Positions 1-12,200 of a DNA stretch of 46,773 nt are shown piece by piece. Source of the DNA: Polyangiales bacterium (lineage in GTDB: Bacteria > Myxococcota_A > Polyangia > Polyangiales > Polyangiaceae); assembly GCA_038230375.1 (NCBI GenBank), contig JBBRNJ010000068.1, positions 1 to 46,773 on the forward strand, in the 5' to 3' direction. The notes beneath the pieces are model-generated. The model was not told the DNA's origin. It saw only the letters and a list, made by a program, of their open reading frames with translations, and made no database searches. The stretch's first letter is position 1, and every line of letters begins with the position of its first letter. Both the position numbers and the translations under genes were made by a program.

Positions 1-2
1 AG

Positions 3-1289
3 AGCGTCGGCGACTACACCCTCGCGCCCTCCGACCCGGCCGTGGGCCCTCGGACGCTCTGCCCGAACGAGAGGCGTGCGGACGGTTCGTACGCGCCGTT
101 CGGCGTGACGCGTGGCGCGCGGTGCTTCCACGATGCTTACGTCGGCGGCATCGACGCGCGTCTTCGCGCCGGTGACTGGGTCACGTCGGGTCAGGTCGTC
201 GCGAGCATGATCCAGCGCGGCCCGTCGCGGCAGCTCGTCGACGGTTCGGTGGTGAACCCGGGCGACGTCGCCCCCGCGTCGGACTTCTACTTCGGCAAGG
301 AGGGTGGCAAGCACATCATCACGTGGACGTGGTTCGGCAACGCGGCGAAGAAGGTGGATTTCGACGACCTGGGCTTCATGTGGCGTCAGAACGTGCGCTA
401 CGCCGGGACGGGCGCGGAGTACCGGACGCTCGACCCGTGGTGGCACACGCTCGAGACGCACACCGGGTTCGAAGCGTTTGGTTTCGACAACGTCGATGGG
501 CTGCGGCTCGGTCGCGACGCAGGCATCTACTCGGAGTGGAAGCTCACATCCTTCTGGACCGCGCGTGTCGCTGGCGGTGCGCGCTCCCAGCGCTTCGACG
601 ATCGCGAGGTCGGTGACGGCACCGCGCTCGAGCGAGACGCGCAGGGCTACACGCGTCTCCGCGTACAGACGGACCCGAGGGCCCGCGTGACGGCCACGCT
701 CAGCTCGCAGGCGAGCTTCGTGCGGCAGGGCTTCCTGGCAAACGGAGACCTCACGGTCGTCCTACGTGCGCTACCGCAGTTCGACGTGGAGCTCACGCCG
801 CAGTTCTCGCGCGCGCACGGCGAGCCCCGCTACGCCACGGACGCCGACGACGGCACGCACCTCTTCGCGCCGCTCGACGCGAACAACCTGAGCATGACGG
901 TACGTGCAATCTACACGTTCACGCCGCGGCTCTCGTTGCAGGCCTACACCCAGGGATTCCTCGCGAACGGACACTACGGGGCGCTCACGGCGGCGCCACG
1001 TGGCGTCGCGGCGCAGGGGCAGGGCACGATCGTCCACATCAGCGATCTTGCGGCCTACACGGGCAGCGTCTCCGGCAATCCAGACTTCCAGCAGGGCGCC
1101 GTGAACGTGAACGCGCAGTTCCGGTGGGAGTACCTGCTGGGCTCCACGTTGGCGCTGGTCTACGCGCGCTCGCAGTACCCCAGTGTGCTCCTCAACACCG
1201 GCGAGAACGGCGTCCTCTCCACGCGCTCGGTCGGCCGCTCGCCTGCGGTCGACCAGGTCTACGTCCGCGCGTCGTTCTTCTGGGGCTAG
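3..1289 (+). CDS. C-terminal part of a DUF5916-like, probable outer-membrane beta-barrel protein (5' truncated by window)
   Basis: The frame is open from position 3 (SVGDYTLAP...), upstream of the track start at 42. Amphipathic beta-strand pattern; C-terminal NPDF...NVNAQFRWEYLLGSTLALVY...SFFWG resembles DUF5916 family ends. Stop overlaps the convergent gene's stop (CTAG at 1286-1289). Confidence 0.6.
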   Translation, partial: SVGDYTLAPSDPAVGPRTLCPNERRADGSYAPFGVTRGARCFHDAYVGGIDARLRAGDWVTSGQVVASMIQRGPSRQLVDGSVVNPGDVAPASDFYFGKEGGKHIITWTWFGNAAKKVDFDDLGFMWRQNVRYAGTGAEYRTLDPWWHTLETHTGFEAFGFDNVDGLRLGRDAGIYSEWKLTSFWTARVAGGARSQRFDDREVGDGTALERDAQGYTRLRVQTDPRARVTATLSSQASFVRQGFLANGDLTVVLRALPQFDVELTPQFSRAHGEPRYATDADDGTHLFAPLDANNLSMTVRAIYTFTPRLSLQAYTQGFLANGHYGALTAAPRGVAAQGQGTIVHISDLAAYTGSVSGNPDFQQGAVNVNAQFRWEYLLGSTLALVYARSQYPSVLLNTGENGVLSTRSVGRSPAVDQVYVRASFFWG

Positions 1290-2278
1290 AGCCGGCGCCA
1301 GTCCAGGGCGTCGACCTCCCGCGAGCTCGCGCGGTACTCCACGGTCTGGCGCGTGCCGATGGCCTCGCCGCCGATCTGCAGCGGGATGGCTCGCGAGAAC
1401 GTCATCTTCACGTGCGTGGAGAAGAAGTCGTGCATCGCGGGCAGGGGAGCACCGACCCACAGCTTGGGGATCTGCGTGATCGCGCGCAGCGTGGTCTCGT
1501 CGTAGATGCGCACGTTCATGTGCCCGAGCATGCGCGTGGCGTTGGGGTATGCGCGGAAGCGGTAGCCGAACTCCGGGCACGTGGCAGCGCCAGCGACGCT
1601 CGCCATGCCTTCGTACAGCACGGTGCCGCGCTTCACGTCCGGCATGCGAACCAGCTCACCCTCGCGCGTCATCGTGTACGCCTCGTCCGCGAGGTTCTCG
1701 ATCAACACGTGCGGCCGCCCTTGCAGCACGGCCTTCGGCGCGGTGCGAAGCAGCATGGATGACAGGTAGCCCCAGACACTCTTCGCGAGACGTCCAGAGG
1801 GTGACTGCTCCACCTGCGCCTTGAAGTCGCTGAGCACCTCTGCGTCCCAGCCGCAGCCCGCGAAGAAGGTGAGCGTCCCCTCGCACTCGAGGAGGCCGTA
1901 GCGGCGCGTGGGCAACGGACCTGTCTGCCGCTGCAGTGCCTTCACGCAGACGTCGAGCTTCTTTGCGCCGAGCGCATGTGCCCACGCGTTGCCCGTCCCG
2001 AGAGGAAGGGTTCCGATCGGCGGGAAGCGCTCGTCCGCGGGCGTGACGTGATGGAGCGCGTTCAGCAGCGCCACGGCCGTTCCGTCGCCACCTGCGCTGA
2101 CGATGCAGCGCGGGCGAGGCATGCTCTTGAGCCACGCCTCGAGCTCGCCGATCGACTTGGTGAGCTTGACGGTCGCGCCGGGGAGCGCGCGCGCGATCTG
2201 CGCTGCCACGCGTCGCCCTCCGCGCTTGGCGTTCGCGTTGACCACGATCGCGAGCCCGTTGCCGTGCGACATGTTCAT
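1286..2278 (-). CDS. Diacylglycerol/lipid kinase family protein (DAGK_cat, YegS/DgkB-like)
   Basis: Motifs VVNANAKRG, AGGDGT, LPLGTGNAWA, GCGWDAEV, and C-terminal QIGGE (usually QxDGE). Confidence 0.88.
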   Translation of the reverse strand: MNMSHGNGLAIVVNANAKRGGRRVAAQIARALPGATVKLTKSIGELEAWLKSMPRPRCIVSAGGDGTAVALLNALHHVTPADERFPPIGTLPLGTGNAWAHALGAKKLDVCVKALQRQTGPLPTRRYGLLECEGTLTFFAGCGWDAEVLSDFKAQVEQSPSGRLAKSVWGYLSSMLLRTAPKAVLQGRPHVLIENLADEAYTMTREGELVRMPDVKRGTVLYEGMASVAGAATCPEFGYRFRAYPNATRMLGHMNVRIYDETTLRAITQIPKLWVGAPLPAMHDFFSTHVKMTFSRAIPLQIGGEAIGTRQTVEYRASSREVDALDWRRL

Positions 2279-3108
2279 CAGAGCGCGCTCGCGATCGCTG
2301 CTCGCGTCCGTTCCATCAGATCCTCACGGGCGTGCTTGGCGTCTTCCTCGCGAGGGACCTCGATCGCGGGGTGCACCACCACGTCCACGTCGACGCCGCG
2401 GATGGGGACTGCGCTGTGTGAGGGCAGGACGTCGCGTGTACCGCGCAGCGTGATGGGCAGGATCGGCGTGCCTGTCTGTTGCGCCACGAGGAAGCCGCCC
2501 TTCTTGAATTTCTGGAGCTCGCCGGTCACGCTGCGTGTGCCCTCGGGCGCCATGTAGATCGACATGCCGCGAAGCACCGACTCGCGGACGCGCTCCATGC
2601 TCGCGATGGCACGCGCGTGATCCTTGCGGTCCACCGCAACGAAGCCTGCGCGCCGCATGGCAGGCCCGAACAGCGGCACGTCGAAGAGCTCCTTCTTGCC
2701 CACCATCCGCATCTGCGCGCCGAGCGCGTAGAAGAGCGTCGGCACGTCGAAGTTCGACTGGTGGTTACTCATGATCACGTAGGCGCGGCCTTCGTCGCGG
2801 TTCGCCAGGCCCTGGACGCGAACGCGTGCTCCCGCGTGCGCGACGACACGGTGTGCCCACCAGGTGAGGCGCTCGTTGGCGACCTCCTCTGTCAGCCCGC
2901 CGCGAGCGGACAGGGCGATGGTCTCCGCGGCGATCCGCAGGGTGTCCACCAGGGATAGAAGCGAGGCCAGCGGCGAGGCGTTCGAGCGTCGAGGCAACCT
3001 GCTGGTTCTACAATAGCCAAGCGTCGCTTCGGTCGAGTTTCGACCGGTTTCCGCCGAAGGGCGAGTAGTGGCTTGATTGTGCGGGTGGAGGCCTTTACCA
3101 TCCGTCAT
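2278..3108 (-). CDS. plsC: 1-acyl-sn-glycerol-3-phosphate acyltransferase (PlsC family); true start probably near the TTG at 2997
   Basis: Motifs SNHQSNFD (HX4D), KKELF..P.FG, VDR, APEGTRS and FKKG. Stop overlaps the start of the lipid kinase gene. The first ~37 codons look non-coding. Confidence 0.88.
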   Translation of the reverse strand: MTDGKGLHPHNQATTRPSAETGRNSTEATLGYCRTSRLPRRSNASPLASLLSLVDTLRIAAETIALSARGGLTEEVANERLTWWAHRVVAHAGARVRVQGLANRDEGRAYVIMSNHQSNFDVPTLFYALGAQMRMVGKKELFDVPLFGPAMRRAGFVAVDRKDHARAIASMERVRESVLRGMSIYMAPEGTRSVTGELQKFKKGGFLVAQQTGTPILPITLRGTRDVLPSHSAVPIRGVDVDVVVHPAIEVPREEDAKHAREDLMERTRAAIASAL

Positions 3109-3202
3109 CGCGGCACTCTATTTGGGAAATTCGGTAACTTCTTCGGGCAGTTGGGCGAAAAACAATGCGGGGCTTCCCCGCTCGGGGCTCGTCCCCGGCT
3201 AG

Positions 3203-6200
3203 GTGATGATGAGCGTGCAGACGATTCGAAAGGCACTCGGCCTCCTGCAAGACGATCCCGACAGCGAGGACGCATGGGGCGATCTGCGTGAAGCGCTCGG
3301 CTTCGTCTCCGACGCGGAGCCAGCCACGCCCAAGGACTTCGACCTCTCGCTGGAGGAGCTCTACGATCTGCTCGGGTCAGCGCTTCGCGCGCACGAAGCG
3401 CGTCGCGAGCACGACGCCGTGGCCGAGATCCTCCGCTTCCTCTCCGCGCTGGCGCGAGGGACCCCGCGCGAGGCGGGCTTCGTCAAGGAGCTTGCCCGCG
3501 TCTACGACGAGGAGCTCCTCTCCGAGGAGCAGGCCACCCGCGCGTTCACCCGCCTGGCCGAGATCGCGCCTGGCGCGACGGACGCCGAAGACGCCCTGGA
3601 GAAGGCTGCCGCCAAGCGCGAGAAGTGGAACGACCTGGTCGCGCGTTACCAGGAAGAGGCGAACGGCGCGAGCGACAGCTCCTTCAAGAGCTCCCTGCTC
3701 GTGCGCGCCGCGGAGACGTTGTACCGGTACGGGCGCGGGGGCCAATCCAGCACCGACCAGCCCGAGAGCCTGCGCGGCGGGGCCAAGAAGAAGAAGAAGA
3801 AGGAGAAGGGCGGCGCTGCGAACGGCGGCGGAGGCAGCCATCCGGCGCTCTCCGACATGATCGCGAAGCTGTCGGAGGCGCGCACGCTGGACCCGCGCAG
3901 TCGTCGGGCCGCGCAGCTGCTCGAGCGCGTGTACAGGGAAGAGGGCCGGTTCGAGGACGTCGCCACGACGCTGTCTTCATTCGCGATGGAGACCTCCGCG
4001 AAGGAGGAGAAGGTCGCGGGATTCCTGCGCCTCGCGCGCGTGCTCAGGAAGAAGCTCGGCGCCGAGGAGCGCGCGGTCTCTGCGTACGAGCAGGTGATCG
4101 ATCTGCACCCCGGTCAGCAAGAGGCCACGAGCGCTCTCGTCCAGCACTTCAGCGAGAAGGAGATGTGGGACCACCTCGTCGCGCTGTACGACGAGCAGCT
4201 CGCAGGCGGTGGTGTGCCTTCTGGTCAGGAGGCGGGCGTCATCCTTCAGATCGCGATGCTCCACTGGCGTATGCGAAACAAGCCGGAGGCGGCCGAGCCG
4301 TACTTCGAGCGGCTTCGTCGCACCGAGCCCGCGCACCCCGGCATGCTCGAGTTCTTCCGCGAGCAGAGCAAGAAGAGCGGCGACACCGCGCGGCTCGCCA
4401 CTGTCCTGACGGACGCACAGCGCAGCCTTCCGGACGGCGTCGAGAAGGGCAAGCTCGGCGCGGAGGTCGCGAACCTCGCAGAGGAAGGCGCAAACGCCGC
4501 GAAGGCGATCGAGCAGTGGCGCACCGTTCTCCGCCAGGACCCCGCGAACAAGGACGCGCGCGAGGCGCTGAAGCGGCTCTACCGCGTCACCGGTGGCTGG
4601 AGCGCGCTCGCCGATCTCCTCCGCAACGAGCTCGAACGCATCCCCGCCGACGACGGCGCACAGCGCCTGCCGATCCTCCGTGAGATCGCCGGCCTCTATC
4701 GCGATCACATCAAGAGCGACTCCGCGCTCGTGACCGTGCTGTCCCAGATCACCGCCCTCGATCCGTCCGACGCGGCCGCCGTGCGCGAGCTCGTGCGCGT
4801 GTACGACGCGCTCGGTCGCTGGCGAGATCTGCTCACCGCGCAGATGAAGCTCGCGGAGCTGGACGCAAACCCAGAGACCAAGACCGACCTCTATCGGCAG
4901 GTCGCTCGCCGCTGGCTGGAGCAGTTCTCCAACGTGCAGAACGCCGTCGAGGCCTACGAGAAGCTCCGCGAGGTCTCGCCCGAGGATCAAGAGGCAAGCG
5001 ACAAGCTGAAGGAGCTGTACGGCAAGCGGCGCGCGTTCAAGCCGCTCTACGACCTGCTCGAGTCCGAGGCGAGCCGCATGCCCGAGGGCGAGGCCCGCCG
5101 CGCCGCGTGGAACGAGATGGCGAAGCTCGCCTCCGAGCGACTCGATCGCGGCGCTGACGCCGTGCGTCTCTACAAGCTGGTCCTCGCCGAGGAGCCTCAG
5201 GCGCAAGGCGCGCTCGACGCGCTCGAGAAGCAGGCCGAGCGCGACAAGGATTTCGCCACGGTGGCCGAGGTGCTGGAGAAGCGCGCGCAACACGCACCGG
5301 ACGACGCCACGCGGCTCGCCGTGCTGCAGAAGCTGGGGGCCGTCTATGCGGAGCGTCTGCGTGATGCACAGGGCGCGATGCGGACGTGGAAGCGCGTCCT
5401 CGATCTCTCGCCGGGCCACCAGAAGGCGCTGCGCGTGCTGCGCGAGAGCTACCTGGCGCTGTCGGACTTCGACGGCCTCACGGAGCTCTACAAATCGCAG
5501 TACGACTTCGAAGGCCTCGTCGAGGTGCTCTCGGGTGCTGCGGACAAGGCGCACGACCCCGAGCAGAAGGTCGCGCTGTCGTTCCGCGCAGCGGATGTCT
5601 ACGAGAACCAGCTCGGTCAGCGGGAGCGCGCGTTCCGCTCCTACGAGCGCGTCCTCTCCGTTCACGCGGACGACGAGCGCGCCGCGCGTCAGCTCGTTCC
5701 GATCTACGAGCACGAAGAGAAGTGGGCGCGCTTGCCCCCGCTCTACGAGGTGCTCCTCTCCCACGCGAAGACCGACGACGAGAAGAAGGAGCTGCTCGGC
5801 CAGCTCGTGCAGGTGCACGCCGTCCGTCTCATGGACAAGGCAGCGGCATTCCGCTTCGCGACGCGCAAGTTCGAGCTCGCGGTGACCGGCGACCGCCCTG
5901 ACGCATCCCAGCTCACCGAGTTCGAGGGGCAGGCGCGCCAGAGCGGTGAATTCCAGGCGTTCTGCGATGCGCTCACGCGCCGCGCGAACGGCAAGGGCGT
6001 CCCTCCCGCGGAGAAGCGCGCGCTCACAGTGAAGGTCGCGGAGACCTTTGCGTCGGACCTGGGGAAGACGGACGAGGCGATCGCGCTCTACAAGTCCCTC
6101 ATCGGAGAGGAAGAGAGCGCCGGCGACGAAGAGGTGATGACCCTCCTCGACGGCCTCCTGCGCGCGCAGGACAAGAAGGAGGACCTTCGCTGGCTCTTCC

Positions 6201-9200
6201 GGCTGCGTGTCGCGCGGTCGAACACGAAGAAGAAGCTCGAGATCCTTGGCGAGTGGGCCGTCCTCGAGGAAGAGGTGCTCGGCTCGCAGGAGAGCGCGAT
6301 CGCGATCTACCGCGAGATGCTCGCGCTCGTACCGCATCATGGGCCAGCGCTCCGCGCACTGTCACGCCTGCTCCGCACCATCGGTGACGCCGAAGGCGCG
6401 GCAGCGATCCTGGAGACGGACCGCGATCTGCGGGAAGGCGCGGATCGCATCGCGCGCGAGATCGAGCTCGCACGTCTCTACATCTCGTCCCTGAAGAAGC
6501 CCACCGAGGCACTCGCCGCGGTGAAGCGGGTCTTCGAGGAGAGCCCCAACGAGCCCGAGGCCATTGCGGTCACCGAGGAGCTCTTGAACGTGGCGGAGAC
6601 GCGGTCGCGCGCAGCCGTCATCCTGGAGGCCACGTACGCGCGCATCGGCAATTTCCAGCGCCAGGCGCACGTTCTCCAGGTCCTGATTGCGACTGCCGCC
6701 TCCAAGACCGATCGCCTGGAGCTCCAGGCGCGCCTTGCAGACGTACACGAGCAGCTAGGGGCCCACGGGCAGGCGTTCGACGTTCTCCTGGCAGCTGTTG
6801 ACGAGTTCGCGGGCGAGCTACCGCTCTGGGACAAGCTCTCCGTCCTTGCCAGCCGTACACACCGCACGCAGGAGTTCGTCGACGCGGTAGCCCGTGCCGT
6901 CCCCGCGTCTGGCGCGACCACGCTCACGCCGCAGGTCGAGATGGACCTTGCCGAGCGCGCGGCCACGATCTTCGAGGACGGCCTGGGCGACATCGATCGC
7001 GCGCTTCCGTACTGGGAGCGCATCCTCACCCACGACCCGAAGAACGAGCGCGCCTTCACGCGCCAGAAGCAGATCCTGACCACGCGCGAGCGCTGGACCG
7101 ACCTCGAGGCGTTGTACGAGCGCGGCTGCGCTGCGACCGACGATCTGTCTCGCAAGACCGAGCTATTGAACGAGGCCGCGATCGTCGCCGAGGAGATCGT
7201 CGGGGATCGCGCGCGCGCGATTCACTACTACGAGCGGATGCTCGAGCTCGAGCCCGAGCACGCGCAGGCGAGCTTCGCGCTGGACAAGCTCTACGAGCAA
7301 TCGGAGCGCTGGGACGGTCTGGCGCAGCTCCTCGCGAAGCGGCTCCCGAACATGTCCGGCGAGGAGGCGCTCGAGCTGAAGGTGCGCCTTGGAACGATTC
7401 ACTTCCAGAAGCTCTCGCAGCCGAAGGAGGCGCTGTCGTACTTCGAGGAGGTGCTCGTCGCCGATCCGCAGAGCCGCGAGGCGCAGGCGATCGTCGAGAA
7501 GTGTTTGGACGTCATGGAGCTCCGTGGGCGCGCTGCCCAGCTGCTCGAAGGCGTGTATTCGGAGCGTGGCGAGAGCCGCGAGCTCGTGCGCATACTCGAG
7601 ATCCGTCTCGAGTTCGCCTCCGATCCGATCGAGCGCCGCGAGCTCCTGCGACGCGTGGCCGAGCTGCGCGACGAGAAGCTCTCCGACGACCCGTCCGCAT
7701 TCGACGCCTACGCACGGCTCCTGCCGCTTGCGCCGGAAGACAGCCTCGCGCGTGAGCGCCTGCTCGAGATCTCGAAGCGCCTCGGCAAGGGTGAGCGCGC
7801 CGCGGAGGTCCTCATGGAGGCCGCGGAGGCAGCGGCCTCGCCCCAGCCACGTGCGGAGATCCTTGCGGACGTGGCGAAGCTGCACGAGGCCATGGGCGAC
7901 AACGCGCGCGCGGAGACCGTGTACCGCCGTGTGCTCACGCTCGACCCCGAAGACGCGACGCTCGCACTCCCGGCGGCGCGCGCGCTCGAGCGCGTGTATC
8001 TGCACGCGAACAAGAGCGCCGAGCTCGCAGATGTCTTCCGCGTACAGGTGAAGCTGGAAGAGAACGCGGACGAGCGGAAGAAGATCCTTGGCCGCCTGGG
8101 CGAGCTGTGTGAGTCCACGCTGAACGAGCCTGCACGCGCCATCGAAGCCTGGAAGATGCGCCTCGAGGACGACCCCGGTGACGAGGACGCGCTCGCGGCG
8201 CTGGACCGGCTCTACGAGCGCACGGGCGATCACCGCGCCCTCGTCGAGACACTGCGTGCACGGGAACGTGCAGCTGCATCACCCGAAGTGCGCCGCGTGT
8301 TCCTGGTGAGGATCGCGGTGACGCTGGCGGAGAAGCTCACCGACACCGAGGAGGCGATCCTCGCGTACCGCGTGGTCGTGGACGATTTCGGTCCGGATCT
8401 TTCCATCGCGCTTGCGCTCGAGGCGCTCTACGAGAAGGCGAGCCGCTTCGGCGATCTCTCGGAGACGCTCGAGACCCATCTCTCGCTGCTGGACAGCCCC
8501 GCGGACAAGCTGGCGATCTTCGCGCGCCTGGGCGAGGTGAAGCGGACGCGCCTTGGCGACACGCAGGGCGGTCTCGAGGCCTTCCGACAGGCGCTCACGA
8601 TCGACTCGGCGCACGCGCCGTCGCGCGAGGCGCTCGAGCGCATCCTGGACGACGAGGACTGCAGGCGCGAGGCGGCGGGCATCCTGCGCCCGCTCTACGA
8701 GGCCGAGGGAAAGGACGCGGAGCTCCTGCGCGTACTCGACATCGAGGTCGAGTACGAGGCGAACGTCGACGAGAAGCTCCGTCTACTCGCTCAGTCCGCC
8801 ACCGTCTGCGAGGGGCCGATCAGCGATCCTGCGCGCGCGTTTGCATATGCATCGAAGGGCCTTCGTCTGGCGGCCGACGGCCCCGAGCTCTCGGCCTGGC
8901 TCGAACGAACGGAGCGCCTTGCATCCGTGACTCGCGCCTACGACGAGCACATCGCGCTCCTGTGTGAGGTCGCGCCGAACATCCTGGACGAGGACGCGCA
9001 GTTGGGCGTCACGCTCCGCATCGCCGAGCTCGCGCGCACCCGCAAGGACGACGCGAAGATGGCGATCGAGTACTACAAGAAGGCGCTCGACCTTCGCGCG
9101 GACAACGCGCGCGCTCTCTCCGCGCTCGAAGATCTGTACGAGAAGGCGGGGCAGTCGGACGACCTGCGCGACATCCTGCAGCGCCGCGCCGAGTCCGCCG

Positions 9201-12200
9201 AGTCCGATCAGGACAAGATCCAGATCCTCTTCAAGGAGGCGCGCCTCGTCGACCTCGTCCAGAAGAACTCCAAGGACGCGATCACGATCTACGAGGAAAT
9301 CCTCGACGCGGGCCTGGACAAGGATGCGCTCCTCGCGCTGGCGCGCCTGTACACACAGGAAGAGCGCTGGGACGATCTCGTTGCGCTGCACGAGCGCGAG
9401 CTGGCCGCCGACGGAGTCGCGACCGCGCGCAAGGCGGAGATCCATCAGCTGCTCGGTGACGTCTTCACCGAGCGAATGAACGAGATCGATCGCGGCTTCG
9501 ACGCCTACGAGGCCGCACTCCAGATCGACTCGCAGCACGCGGCGACGATCGCGCGCCTCGAGACCCTCATGCAGGACAAGGCCCACGCGGGCCGCGCCGC
9601 TGCCATGCTCGAGGGCGTGTACCTCGTGCGCCTCGACTGGCGCAAGGTCATGGCAACGATCGAGGCGCGCCTCGAGGTCAGCCAGGACCCCGACGAGAAG
9701 CGCGAGCTGCTTCGTCGCCTCGCCAAGCTCCACGAGGAGCAAGAAGAGAACTATCGCGCGGCCCTCGAGGTCATGGCGAAGCTGCTCGGTGAGGACGTCA
9801 CCGACGAGGCCACGTGGTCGGAGCTGGAACGGCTTGCACGCGTAGCGAACGCCGAGGGTCGGCTCGCGGAGATCTACGCGACCGAGCTCGAGACGGTCTC
9901 CTCCGACGAGCCCGCCACTGCGCGCCTTTCGTTCCGGACCGGTGAGCTCTACGAGTCACAGAAGGACACGGGGAAGGCGCTCGTCTTCTATCGCCGTGCT
10001 CATGCCTTCGCGCCGGACGAGAGCCCGCAGGCTTTCTCCGCGATCGATCGCCTCCTCACCACCGAGGGCAAGCCGAAGGATCGCATCCAGCTCTATCGCG
10101 AGTCGCTCGACCACAAGCACGAGCCCACGGACCGCATCGGGACGCTCCATGTGATCGCCGGCCTCGAGGAGACCGACCTGGGCGACGCGGACGCGGCCAT
10201 CCTGACATTGCGCCAGGCAGTGGAGGTGGATGACTCCGATCCGCGCGCACTGGACGCGTTGACCCGGCTCTACGAGAAGCGGGAGCGCTTCCGCGATCTC
10301 GCGGACCTCTACCGGCGTCGCGGCGAACAAGCTGCGATGGCGGATGACGAGGCCCGGTTCCGCCTGGCCCTCGGTCGCACGCTCAAGGACAAACTGGGCG
10401 AGACCGAGTCCGCGATCGACGAGTACCAGATCATCGTCGACCTCGACGCGCCCGCCTCTCTCAAGGCCGAGGCCGTGCGCGAGCTCGAAGCGCTCGTGTC
10501 CGTCGACCACCATCGGCCGCGCATCGTCGACATCCTTCGCCCGATCTACGAGAAGGCGGACGACTGGAAGAACCTGATCCGGGTCAACGGCGAACGGCTC
10601 GCGATCGCGACTGAATCGGGCGAAAAGGCCGTGATCCTGCGCGAGACCGCGCAGCTGTGGGAGACCCGTGGCGGCGATCAGTGGCGCGCGTTCGTGGCCA
10701 CCAAACAAGCCTTCGTGCTCGATCCGGAGGACGTGGCAACGCGCCACGAGCTCGATCGCCTCGCGGAGGCGACGGGCCGCTGGGACGAGCTCGCCGAGTC
10801 GTACGAGAAGGCGCTCGAGAAGATCGAGGACCACGGCAAGCGCGAGCTGCTCGACGCGCTGGCCAAGCTCCACGACAAGCGCCGCGATGATCCGCGGCAC
10901 GCCCTCGACGCATACGACCGGCTCTTCAAGCTGGACGAGACCGACCCCACGCCACTCGACGAGATGGACCAGCTCGCAACGCTGCTCTCGGACTGGCCCA
11001 CGCTCGTGCGCGTGCTCGTGAAGAAGGCGGAGCTGTCTGGCTCCGATCCGGACCGCGCCAGCACCTGGCGACGCGTGGGCGAGGCCCGTCGCGACATGCT
11101 CGACGACGCGCAAGGAGCCATCGAGGCCTACGAGCGCGCGCTGGAGCTGGAGCCTGACAGCACGTTCGCGCTCGATTGCCTCATCACTCTCTACGAGGAC
11201 AAGAACGACGCCGCTCGGCTCGTGGACCTGTACCGCCGTCGCGTGGAGCTCACCGGCGAGGACGATCAGGACCTCAAGTTCCGCTTGCTCTGCGACGCAG
11301 CAGACAAGTACGAACTCGGTCTGTCGGATCGTCGTGAGGCGATCGCGCACCTGGAGCAGGCCTTGAGCCTGCGTTCCGATGATCTCACGGTCGTCACCCG
11401 TCTCGGCAAGCTGTTCGGCGCGGAGAAGATGTGGCCCGAGCTGCTCGCGAACCTGCGGCGCACCTCCGAGCTCTCCAAGTCCGACGCCGAACGCCGCGAG
11501 ATTGCGCTGCGCATCGGGCATCTTCTCAAGAAGGAGCTGGAGGATCCCGAGAACGCCCTGGCCGCCTACAAGGAGGTCCTTGCGACCGGTTACGACGCGC
11601 AGGCCGCCGCGGAGGTCAAGGACATCGGCGAGACCCGCGACGAGCTTCGCGGCAACGCGGCGCGCATCCTGCTCCCGGTGCTGGAGGCGGAGAAATCCTG
11701 GGTCGCCTACGCGGACGCGCTCGAGATGCTCGTACGCGCTCAGACCGAGGCGGACGAGCGCGCGGCGACCCTGCGTCAGCTCGCGCAGGTGACGGAGAAG
11801 GAGCTCGGAGACGTGCCTCGCGCGGAGGCGGCGCTGTTGCGCGCCCTCTCCGAGATCCCGCACGACGAGGGGCTGCACGCCGACATCGAGCGCGTCGCGG
11901 AGCTCTCCGGCAAGGAAGGCTTCAGCCGCTACGCCGATGCACTGGCAGAGAAAGCGACCTCGATCTTCGATGCGCAGATCACGGCTTCCCTCTGGAAGAA
12001 GCTGGGCAAGGTCGCGGGCGGACGTCTGAACGACGTTGCGCGCGCAGCGGATGCTTTCCAGAAGGCGGCCGAGCAGTCAGGCGACAACGCCGAGATCCTG
12101 GGCCTCCTCGATGAGGCCTTCGCGGCCCTCGGCGACACGCAGGCGCTCGTCGACGTGCTGGAGCGACGCATCTCCATCACGGAGGACGCAGCCACCCAGG

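Noticed and set aside
1286..1289. Convergent genes sharing CTAG stop codons
   Set aside because: Real but common in compact high-GC genomes, and not evidence of a functional link.
3110..3125. Sigma54 promoter CGGCAC-N5-TTGG upstream of the giant TPR gene
   Set aside because: The -12 GC is replaced by GG, so the match is too weak.
3785..3802. (AAG)6 microsatellite as a phase-variation switch
   Set aside because: Triplet unit keeps the frame; it only encodes a poly-Lys patch in a loop.
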